Assembly (NCBI GenBank): GCA_000708835.1
Contig: DF237462.1
Location: 1 to 64,000, forward strand
Source: Klebsormidium nitens
Taxonomy: Eukaryota > Plantae > Klebsormidiophyceae
Reading direction: 5' to 3'
Length of the DNA: 64,000 nucleotides
Position numbers and translations under genes: made by a program. The notes below the pieces were generated by a model. The model saw only the letters and a program-made list of their open reading frames with translations, made no database searches and was not told the DNA's origin. This document shows, in pieces, positions 1 to 10,377 of this stretch. Each line of letters starts with the position of its first letter. Within the stretch, counting starts at the first letter, position 1.

Positions 1-65
1 TGGAGCTATGCGTATGCCAATGGAGCTAGCTAGCTGGAGCCTGGAGGTCCCTGATTGTGGAGGGA

Positions 66-477
66 GGGATCCCTTCTTCAATTAGCAAGTGACGTGTCAT
101 TATCCACGAATCAGAGTCACGGCTTCTGTCCAGGTGGCGTTCAAGGTACGTACCTGCTTCAGCTGTTTTATCCCCAGTATCGTACCGTCGGTACCTCTGC
201 TTTTGCGGCTCTGGCTGAGCTGACTAGATTGCGAACTGATGAAGAGTTGCAGCTTGGTACAAAGCTTGGTGCAGAGCTGCTACTTGTTCACAACTTACAC
301 TTCCTTTGGAAGCAAGTTGGTTTTTAGCGCTCTGGCGCCCAGGCGATCTTTGGCGATTGGCGGACAGCGTTCTGCGACCAGTGATCAGCATTCAGCGACC
401 AGCGATTAGTTGTAGAGGCTAGGAGACCTTAGAGGATAGCGCACTTCCTGTTACATAGTATTCCCCTGCTCTGCAGC
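66..477 (+). promoter_or_regulatory. Conserved upstream/5' leader block of F-box/LRR paralog 1
   Basis: Ordered motifs shared with 6796-7228 and 21827-22254: GGGATCCC (66-73), TGACGTGT (90-97, ABRE/G-box-like), CTGTCCAGGTGGC, a GGTAC cluster, a hairpin (291-319), CTGGCGCCCAGGCGATC, a CAGCGAT-type 7-mer array, and CTCTGCAGC before the ATG. Confidence 0.7.
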
Positions 478-2100
478 ATGGCGGCGTTTGTGGCAGGCCT
501 GCTTGGCATCAGCGAGCAGGAGTTTCAATTCCGCGTGCAGCGAGCCAACCACTTGACGGTCGCTCCTCTCCTGAGCCTCTACCACTCCATCTCTCCTCTT
601 CTAGGTCTCACTGCCTCCTCTGATGATCTTCCGCTGGTTGCTGCTGTTCATGAGGCAGTCCCTCTCTCTACTTCTTCTCAGCCTGCTCAGCTCCTCGAGG
701 ATGCGGATGGTGAACAAAACCATGCGCACTTTGACGCCTCCGCTATCGAGCCCCTCAGCCTGAACTCCGACGCTAAATCTCAGGAGGGAGAGCTGCAGCT
801 TACTTTGCGCGAGCAGGGACTGTGCGGCAGGTGGGAGGCGCTGCCTCAAAGGGGAGAGCGGGAGGGGGGTACTTTGACTTTTTGTTTGGAGGAGGGCTTG
901 GCTGGACGCGGGGAGGCCCTCCGGAGAACCCCGCCTCAGGACTGATTGCCGCAGAGCAGGCTGCAAATGTCCCCCTTAGCGACTCAGCGATGTTCATCAT
1001 TGCACAGGGTTGCTTCCGCCTGAACAAGCTGCATCTTGAGTGGTGCTGTGGTATCTCTGATGGGGGGCTTGCGGCGGTCCTGAGAGGTTGTTCTGAGCTG
1101 ACTGACCTGAGCCTCGAGTTCTGCGGGAAGGTTACGGGGGAAGCGTTCAGCGGCCTGGCCTGCAAGATTGAGAAGCTGGATCTGGTTGCTTGTGATGCCG
1201 TAAAGAATGAGGGCTTGCTAGCAGCTGCGACAGCATGCTCAAGGTTGAAGGAGTTGAGGGTCACGAGCAACCAGAAGGGCGCATCTCTGACGAAGGGCGT
1301 GGAAGGGGCTGCCAAATTCTGCAAGGGGTTAGAGGCGCTTTGTATCCATGCGTGTGGTCTCAAGGACGAGACATTGCGCTCCTTTGCCACCAGCTGCCCC
1401 TTGCTAAGCAGCGCCAGCCTTTCGTGTGAGCCCGCCGTTACTGATGGGGGCCTTGCGGCCTTCTTAGCTGGGCTGCCTAAGTTGGAGTCGCTGAGTCTGC
1501 AACACATGGACGGGCTTTCTGGTGTGCCACGAGTTGGGTAAGTGATTAACAAGATCCATTCAGCTTCTCGACCATTCACTATCGCTTTCTGCTGCCATCT
1601 GCATGCGATCCAGGAACCTCCTAGTAGCAACAAGCCAGAATGGTCATGACAAAACCCTTGTGATTCAGGAATACAATGTTGTCAATGCACTTTATCTTGG
1701 TTCCTGCTCACAGTGACAACTTGCCCAATTTAGAGATTAATTTGTGTTCTCTTCCTTCCGTTGCAGGGCCAGCAAGCGCTTGAAGAAGCTGCGGCTTGGA
1801 TATTGGTGGAATGCTCCTGATCTTTTCCTTAGAGGACTTTCAGAGGAAACAACCCTCGAGGAATTGCGCCTCGAATGCTGCCCTCATCTGACTGATGCCA
1901 CAGTAGACAGCATTTTCGCGGGCTGCAGGAGTCTAAAGCTTCTCGTGTTGCTCGACAACAAGCTTATTACGGCTGAGTCGATTAGGGCGTACCTTAGACA
2001 TGGTAAGAAGAGCACGCTGCAGATCTTGGAGTGTCCAGGTGCTACCAAAGAGAATGTACCAGATGACTTGCGGACCGTTTTGCAAGACGTGTTTCCTTAA
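478..2100 (+). pseudogene. F-box/LRR paralog 1 (F1): F-box deleted and frameshifted; LRR and last exon intact
   Basis: ORF 478-945 matches the N-terminus of F2 (MAAFVAGLLG...EGLAGR) and then jumps to another frame carrying LRRs (LHLEWCCGISDGGLAAVLRGCSEL). The F-box seen in F2 and F3 is missing. Intron 1538-1766 (GG|gtaagt..ttgcag|G) and last exon 1767-2100 match F2 and F3. A possible 71-nt intron at 869-939 would restore the frame. Confidence 0.65.
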
Positions 2101-3899
2101 TAAGCTCTGAAGTCCGGCCTCATGATGTTTGCAAAGTCTTGCGTTGATGATTGGGCCATGTTGGATTAGCGACAGCTGCTCACACGGACATCACAAATTG
2201 CAAATCACTGTCTCTTTGCTACGCCAACGTCTTTTGGGGACACTAAAACACATTGGCTATTTCGTACTGACATGAGGGAAACTTCGATCGGGCCAACTAC
2301 TGTATTTGCTTTGCGGCATACGTGCAGATATGACCTGGTGCATGTGTATATGCCGATGAATGTACTTGCTTGCATTTGATGCCGGCCCGTCAGGTGAATG
2401 AGGTAAATGCTATACTATGCGCATCAAAATGAACGATAAGTTGGCGGAAATACCATGCAGCAAAGCTCTAGTGCTTTTGATGTAGCTGTACATTCCGCTT
2501 GCGATCATGTCACCTGTGCGATCGATGATCGTACCAATAGAAGTCGCATGGCACATTCATACAAAAAGAACGTACATGGGACGCATGTAGGCAGTCTCGC
2601 TGTTTGCTTGTTAAACAGCCGTGAATCTCTCTCCCGACCAAACGCTTTGGTCGGGGTCATTCTCAATAATCCCCTTCAACGCCTACATAAGAGCGAGTCG
2701 AGAAGGATCTTATATTGAGTTCAACCTGTCAGCAGGTGAAGGATGCGGCTGTTTCCATCAGAATGTACTTGCAATCTGCAATCACTCCGAGCATATGCAC
2801 GAGATATATCGAGCTCGGATTCGATGCGGCAGCTCGCCATCATTCACGCTCTGTTTCGTATCGAATTCCAACATTGGCAACAAGTAAATCGGTCGGTCTC
2901 GAAAGAACAGCTTGGTTCATGCCCAAGGAGCGCGTTGCCAGCTTGGCGTGGCTCGTCGACTCAATCCAATTAAGCTTTTGCGCTCCGTGAATGGTTTCAG
3001 ACAAGGCTAGATTGACCGCTCTCGAAAGAACTACCTTCAAGCACAAAACGGTCCTACTCAGCCGAGCTTGATGATCCGCTGACCATTCTAAACATTCTAA
3101 CGGAGTGTTTTTGAGCCAATCATTCCAAAGATGATACCAATGTCACCGTCGACTCGAGAATTCCTGTGCCGCCCCTTGTTTTCTGGCGTCGTAACTGCAG
3201 GAAGAATAAAAAGCGAGTGGTTATGATTTTGTTTGGAGACGAGGATGCCATCTCGAACAGCCTGGCTTTGTGGCATGATAACACAAGACAGAACGGCCCG
3301 AATAGCTAGTGGAACCAGTGGACACGGCTTGGACGGGATGGAGGGCTGAGAAAGAACTTTGCACCATTATATGACCGGGTCTTACCTACCTTCTATGGAC
3401 TTGGCGGGCTTGCTACTCTTCAGCTCAGGAATGTTCGACGCGTTACGTAAACCGAGTTTTCAAGACTGCAGTGGTGATGATGGTCCGATACAAGTTAGCA
3501 TCAAATAGGCGTATGACTCTTCGTTATGCTTCTTTTGACAGGTTCGAGCGCGCTTCTGACAAAGATTCAAACGGGCGATCGACATGGAATGAGTCCGAAT
3601 TTATACGAACTCCAATGGGCGGCCAATAAGGAGCTCCGAGGATTGTCCGGCTCCCCCAGCTCGGCTTCTTCGATTTCAAACAATCAGGAACAATCATCGT
3701 ATTACCATCCAGCAAAATTCAAGAAGCAGGTTTGCAAAGCAACTAGATGTGGATCTGGCGGCCCACCTAGAGCTTAGAATTCCGGGGACGTTGAAAACGG
3801 GTCCCCCGCCAGACCGGCAGCCGCTGATCATCTCCCCGAGGCGGCCCTCTTGCTGACGTCAACGCCGCGCGCGAGTGAAGCGGTTAGCGTACCACCTGC

Positions 3900-6400
3900 A
3901 CGCTCGTGCGCGCATATCCGCCCTTCAGCCCTCAGCACGCGCGCGGTGGACATCTGCCTGACAAGCGGCTTGACAACGGCGCTCCTGTGAAAGGTCCCAA
4001 GGAGCTGTTAGGAAACGTGAAGGAAAGTGTCAGACAACGAAAAGATGGGGTTTGAACGATCTTTCCGAGAGGTTTCAGAGAGATTTTGGTACCAGTACTA
4101 GCGGTCTCGGAGGATATGGAGAATCGAAGGTCGTACTCTCGGGATTTTTGCCTGGCGAGACATCGCTGAATTCTCTGGTCAGGGACTACAAGTCGTTCGG
4201 CCGTTCCCTTCCGATTGCGTGAATCTCAGGGAGAAAGAGTCGCCTTCTTCCAGCCCGGCTGTCAACGCCCACTCAGACATCTTTACAACTTGGTCAATTT
4301 CGTCACAAGCATATCCAGGCCCCACCGAGAATGAAGGTCGAGAATGAAAACATCATCAGAAGGTCAATTGGAAAACTCGGTGCCTTGATCTGTCCTTTTC
4401 TCGACCTTCCCTTGCAATAAGCGTCTCGAAAAGGCGGCCTGAATTTTGAGACCCGACCCCCCACAAGTAGATCAGGAAAGCGTCTATTTGTCACAAATCC
4501 GTCAGAGCGCCCCACATCTTCGCGACTCCTTTGGGAAGGACTCCTACAGACAAACTTCAAAAAGCCTTCCAGTACGCTGATCCTCCAAAGCGCCTCACCT
4601 GTACGGCTTGTCCACGAGATCGCCGCCGCGTGATCACACTGCAGCTGCTTCCGAAGTCGTTACTACCTCCGGTCAGCTTGCTCCGCTCGGTATCGGGGAC
4701 AGTGAGATGTAGGACTTCCATTGAAATGCTGAAGGCAGGCCTCCGTACAGGTATCTCTCGCTGGCAGTTTTGAATCTCGTGCGGCCGCTGCGCTGCCTGC
4801 ACAAAGGCGGACCCAGGGATTCATGCGGGGGTTCACGTGGCCGCTACTGGCGTCAAAGGGACTGAAGGCGCTCAAATTCAGGCCGGAAACAACGTCGGGT
4901 TTGAGACGTAGTCGGATCTTTGGAACTCAAGGACGATCCGGGGAGGGCTCAGGAACGAGTGCGGAAGAATGCTCTTTCAGACTTCAAGGCTTGAACGTGC
5001 TCATACTGAAAACACAAGAACACCCTGGGCGGACACAGACAGCCTGTACTTATATCTATTTTCATTTGTGACAGTCCGTTTCCGTTGCGGACTGAAACGG
5101 AGCTTGGACGTCTGAAGCAGAAATCTTAGTGGGCAGCGTTGGTAAAGAATTCGTCCATCGGTTCAAAGTTTTGAAAGATGCTGTCGCCGCATCCACTGGA
5201 TGCAAATTGCTCAAAGAAGTTGGCAAGAAAAATACGTTGCTCAGCAGTAGCGGCGGTTCTTCACCAGCTTTCATGGACCGCGAATACCTATCTTGATTGG
5301 CGCGGCCGAAAGGGAAGAGCACTTTGCATTTTGTACACCGCGTGTACCAACGTAGTGCGCAGCCCACTGCGGCAGGTAAGATGACCTCAAACGCTGCCAA
5401 AGAATCTCGTGTCACCGGATTTTGACTCACGTAAAACCAGTCGGCAATCCGAATTTGCCGTAATTGGAATCCCGACCGGCGCCTAAATGGCAGACAAAGG
5501 GATATGCAAGTGCCACGTGGCACTCTCACCTTGGTGACGGGCACAGGCGAGCTTTTCCATTGCGGCCCGGAGGCTGTAGGCGCGTCTTTGCCAGCTCCAG
5601 ATCTGTTGACAAGGCACGCGAACACCAGAGAGTGTCATAGATTCCATGCTGTCATCCAGGGTGAGCGGTGACCGCTTCAGCACATCGAAGCTAAAGGGCC
5701 AGAGCGACTCAAAGAGGTTTGAGCATGCAAACCAAACGAGATCTCTTAAGCTGCAAAAGACATCCAAGCTATCACAACCCACGTTTGGAGCAAGAGCGCG
5801 CAAGACTGTCAGCCTTTGGCAGCACAATGACCTGCCCCTTTCTATATAGATCTTAACCGCGTATTCTTTTTGAGAGCTCAAAGCACGTGCGCTCCAGCAT
5901 CTCTTGGCAGAGCCACCCTTCTCAGAAGCTACCTAACATGTATCACAAGGGTTATTCCAACACCTAGATAAATTCCCACGATCTTTGACTAGCTCACAGC
6001 CTGATCCTCTCGACATCTGACAATAGTTAGGGTTTCTAAATGGCCCCAAACATAATCTGCATGGTACAAAGAAACGTGCAGAATGATATGAAACTTGCCC
6101 TTACCCTAAAGAGACCCCTTTCGGGCTACGGTGCACAAGATTACCACCCCCTGGAAGCACACTGCTTCCGGCCTCCTGTCAAACTTGAATAATTTGCCAG
6201 CATTCAAGCTGACATCGCCGCCTCCAGCATTGGCCCTGCGTCTCCACTGCGAGCGCTGACGTCACCGTTGCTTCTTTCCTGCTCCTGCCTTGAGCAACTG
6301 ACAACATCGAAAGCAGCGGGAGGGATTCTAGAAAGATCATTCGTGTCAATGTTGTTTCAAGGTCGGTTCTGAAGCCCCTGATATTGCTGAGGTCAGCGGG
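3900..6400 (-). pseudogene. Decayed coding block Y1, homologous to the block upstream of coiled-coil gene A
   Basis: Exon-like segment 5530-5602 (ends CCAAG|gtgaga) aligns at nucleotide level with 20635-20700 (GCAAG|gtgagg). Segment 6255-6290 (gctgacgtca..tttcctgctc.tgcct) matches 21289-21325. Frames are broken and boundaries approximate. Confidence 0.35.
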
Positions 6401-6795
6401 CGCAGTCGCAGGTCTGCAGGAAAAGGGACGGACGTCGGTGTGCAGCTAGCGCTCGCCCGCTCTGTCAATCCTCACCATGTGCGGGTTGAGCTTTGCGTAG
6501 CAGCTGCAAGCGGTCAATCACATACCTGGCGGAAACATCAAGAAGGAGTCAAGTTATAAGGCTGTTCATCGTTAACAAGGTGATGATGAAAGGAAGGAGC
6601 GCTGCCCATAAGGAGCCTCGAAAAAGCTTTTCCCCTAAACCACTTCATGAAGCTCACAATGTACCTGGCAAATGAGATGAAGAACAGACCACCAACGCAG
6701 GAAGTGGTGTCATACAGCAGGTGATGCTTGCTGCCCAAGACTGTGAAGTGGCCTTCCGGTTGCAATGATACTCCCTCGATCCTTATTGCGGAAGG

Positions 6796-7228
6796 GGGAT
6801 CCCCTTTGCATAGGAGCAGCTGACGTGTTTTTTTATGCTTACTTTCGACCAATCCGAGTCCTTGCTTCTGTCCAGGTGGCATTACGGTACGTACCGCCGT
6901 CCGCTTCTTGCTTAGCGGTACCGTACCCTTGGTACCCTCTGCTGACTCGCCTCTGAGCTGACTCCAGATTGAGCTTGGCAGCTTGAGCCTCAGGTATAGA
7001 GTAAGCTGCAGAGCTGCTTCTTGTTCACAACTTTCACTTCCTCTGGAAGCAAGTTGTGTTTTAGCTCTCTGGCGCCCAGGCGATCTTCGGCGATCAGCGA
7101 TCAGCGATCAGCGATTAGAGTTTTGCGAGCAGCGAGCAGCGTTCGGCGACCAGCGATTAGTTGTAGAGGCTAGGAGAGTTTAGAGGATAGCGCGCTTCCT
7201 GTTACAGAGCATTCCCCTGCTCTGCAGC
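6796..7228 (+). promoter_or_regulatory. Conserved upstream/5' leader block of F-box/LRR paralog 2
   Basis: GGGATCCC 6796-6803, TGACGTGT 6821-6828, CCAATCCGAGTC from 6849, GGTACC cluster, TATAGAG near 6996, hairpin 7028-7056, and (CAGCGAT)n array. Confidence 0.7.
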
Positions 7229-9194
7229 ATGGCGGCATTTGTGGCGGGCCTGCTTGGCTTCAGCGAGCAGGAGTTTCACTTCCGCGTGCAGCGAGCGAAC
7301 CACTTGACGGTCGCTCCTCTCCTGAGCCTCTACCACTCCATCTCTCCCCTCCTAGGTCTGACTGCCTCCTCTGATGATGTTCCGGTGGTTGCTGCTGTTG
7401 ATGAGGCAGTTCCCCTCTCTACTTCTTCTCAGCCTGCTCAGCTCCTCGAGGATGCGGATGGTGAACAAAACCACGCGCAATCTGACGCCTCCGCCCTCGA
7501 GCCCCTCAGCCTGAACTCTGATGCTAAATCTCAGGAGGGAGAGCTGCAGCTTACTTTGTGCGAGCAGGGATTGTGCGGCAGAGGGGAGGCACTGCCTCAA
7601 AGGGGAGAGCGAGAGAGGGAGAGGCTGGATTTTTGTTTAGAGGAGGGCTTGGCTGGCCGTGAGGAGGCCCTGCCGAAGGATGGGGAGGGGAGTCAGTGGG
7701 TGGGGCGTGAGGTTGCAGACTTGTCATTGGCAAGGGGGGCAGCGAGCATTGCGCAGCTGGATGGGGGTTGCTTGGTCAAGATCCTGTCCCATGTGGACAA
7801 CAAGACTCTTCAGGCGTGCTCCTTGGTTTGCCGCGAGTGGCTTGAGGTTTCCAGCTTTGCGCGCACGCTCATGAGTCTGCAAGAAGGCCCCCAGATCACT
7901 GCCCTCCCCTCGCTGGTCGCACGCTTCTCACGGCTGCAGAGTCTGCACATCCAGGGCCCCAAGACTGAGACCATCCCCGCCTGGTTCCTCCCCGAAGACT
8001 ACGTCGCACCAGAACAACCCCGCACAGACTTGGCCAACATCGTTCCCCTCAATGACTTTGGAATGGACATCATCGCTCGCGGCTGCCGCGGTCTCTGCAA
8101 GCTGGAACTAGAATGGTGCTCTGGCTTCTCTGACGTCGGACTTGCGGCAGTTCTGAGGGGTTGTTCTGAGTTGCTTGACCTGAGCCTGGCCTACTGCGGG
8201 GGGTTCTCTGGGGAGGGGGCATTCGCTGGCGTCTCGTGCAGACTAGAGAAGCTTGTGCTGGACGCCTGCGACAAGTTGACGAACGAGGGCTTGCTTGCGG
8301 CTGCGGTGGCGTGCCCCCAGCTGAGAGATCTCAGCGTTCTCATGGATAAGGAGAACGATGCGCTGGCAGTGGGGCTGGAGGGAGCCGCTAGATCGTGTAG
8401 GGGCCTGCATGCGCTCATGATCCACGCCTGTGGGATCAGCGATGCAACGCTGCGAGCAGTAGCCGTCAGCTGCCCTCAGCTGCAGCAGGTCACCGTCACG
8501 TGCGAGCCCGCCGTCACACACACGGGGCTCACGGCCTTCTTTGAGAGGCTGCCAAAGCTGGAGGAGCTGACGCTGCAGAACATGGAGGGGTTGGTGCATC
8601 TGCCGCGCTTCAGGTACGTAGCAAGAAGTGCAATGTGCCAACAAAGCCTGCAAGATGCTCATCAGCTCTTTCTAAATCTGCAAACTGACAGCTTTCAACT
8701 CATCTTGAGTTTTCGATCTGACGTTCTGGTCTCCTGTCAAAGTGGTAGGACTGCACAGTGACTAAGGAACTATTTGTGTGCATCCCTCCATTGGTTACTG
8801 GATCTGGTTTGCTCGCTCTGCCTAGTTTCTTACTGGATCTTGCATGTGCAGGGCTGGTCGGTGCCTAAAAAAGCTGCGGCTGGGCATCTTCTGGGATGTG
8901 CCGGACGAGGTCCTTAGGGAGGTTTCCGAGGAAACGAACCTGGAGGAGCTGCTGCTGATTTCTTGTCACCAACTAACCGATGTGACGGTTGACATGATCT
9001 TTGCTGGCTGCAAGAGGTTGAAGCGTCTGGTCTTGTATGATAACGAGTTGGTGTCAACGGAGTCGATAGCGGCTCTTCACAAGAGCGGCAGGAAAGTCAA
9101 GCTGGTTGTTGGAGAGTGTCCGGGTTCTAGGGAGGGAGCTTTTGCGCCAGAGTGGTATGGTGAAATGGAGCAGATTAATTACTTTCTTTCCTAG
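7229..9194 (+). CDS. F-box/LRR protein F2 (2 exons: 7229-8613, 8852-9194)
   Basis: F-box-like segment QLDGGCLVKILSHVDNKTLQACSLVCREW, followed by LVARFSRLQSLHIQG and Cys-containing LRRs (LELEWCSGFSDVGLAAVLRGCSEL). Donor AG|gtacgt and acceptor gtgcag|G are in phase. Confidence 0.88.
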
Positions 9195-9557
9195 ATCGCA
9201 TAGGATACTCGACATTATTCTAAACAGGTTGCAGATTGACGATTTTCAGCTTGAAGAAAAGCTCGCTACACCAACAAGCCAAACGTGAACTGGACAGTGT
9301 ATGCATACAACGGTTGTAGCTGAAAGTATAGGTTGGCAGAAAGCCCAACGTTGTCTACTTGCATGGACTCATGAAGTCTGGCAAGTTGCACGAGGTCGAC
9401 ACGATCAGCATGGCCGCGGTTGCTTTACTCGACGATCAGATGCTTGTATATCTTGCCAAAGCACGAACGATAGTGCACGTTGCTGAGAATATGCATGCAG
9501 CTTGTATGATGCCAGCAGCTGTACAGGGCCAATCATTGCACGCGGCTTGGAATGATC

Positions 9558-9585
9558 CGTTAGGCGTATGCGTTAGGCGTATGCG
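9558..9585. repeat. Short tandem duplication, 13-mer CGTTAGGCGTATG x2
   Basis: Exact copies at 9558-9570 and 9571-9583. Confidence 0.85.
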
Positions 9586-10377
9586 ATGGGCGGCAAAACA
9601 TGCTAGCTCGGAGTTGCCAAGCACCCGTTTGCAGAAGTCAGATTCGTGCGTCCTTAGGGTAAAACGTTTGCACACGAAGCTTGCATTACTTATCTGATGT
9701 TGCCGCGCAACTGGCAAGGATTGTTCTTGGCCGTCTTTGAAGAAGCGCTCGCCAGCTAACCTCGACTGGCTGGCTGGCTGTGACAGTTTGCGTATGTATA
9801 GACTGTTTGCCCACATAGAAATGTCGACAGCCGAAACTGGCAGATTTTCTGGGCGTTGAAGCAAAGCCGTCAACAGCGTCGCGCCTAGCACGAATTCCGA
9901 GTCTTTCTCCGTCTCTGATGACAATCGAAGGCAGACACGGAGCGTCATGCTAATATGGCCGTAGTACGAAGGAACAAGGGCAGACCAAAACAAATCAGGA
10001 GGTTCAGCATGGGTCCATTCAGATGATGACCAATTTCCGCTAAAGCCACGCATGTTCCACTCATAAAATATCATGTCAAGTGACCGGCCAACTTTAGAAA
10101 AGCGTTGTGCTTAACCACATTCCTTGAGCTTCTTTCTTTCTCGAGTCTCCGGTGAAGGCTGGAGCGGGGGTAGGCTCTAGCGACGCAATGGTTTGGCAAC
10201 CTGCGTCCACGAAGCACGTTCAGATTGGATCAAGTAACAATTTCATCTAAAGAGCTTCTGTAAGATAGATTATTCACTTGTAGGGGGCTCGAAAGAGTTA
10301 CAGCTTTCCACGCCGCAAAGAGTGATGTTGAGAGCCAAAGAGGCGGCACGAGCAGGAATGGCACGCTAGAGCAATTC

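Noticed and set aside
2621-2990. Short overlapping ORFs including a YIEFNL word reminiscent of coproporphyrinogen oxidase
   Set aside because: There are no further matching motifs or convincing exon boundaries.
3825-3880. Plus-strand resemblance to the CC Ser/Pro exon start (TCATCTCCCC...CTGACG)
   Set aside because: It is on the opposite strand to the CC genes, short and GC-rich, and cannot be told from chance by eye.
6461-6471. GGATTGACAGA on the - strand, matching an 18S rRNA word
   Set aside because: The match is 11 nt only and the flanks are unlike rRNA.
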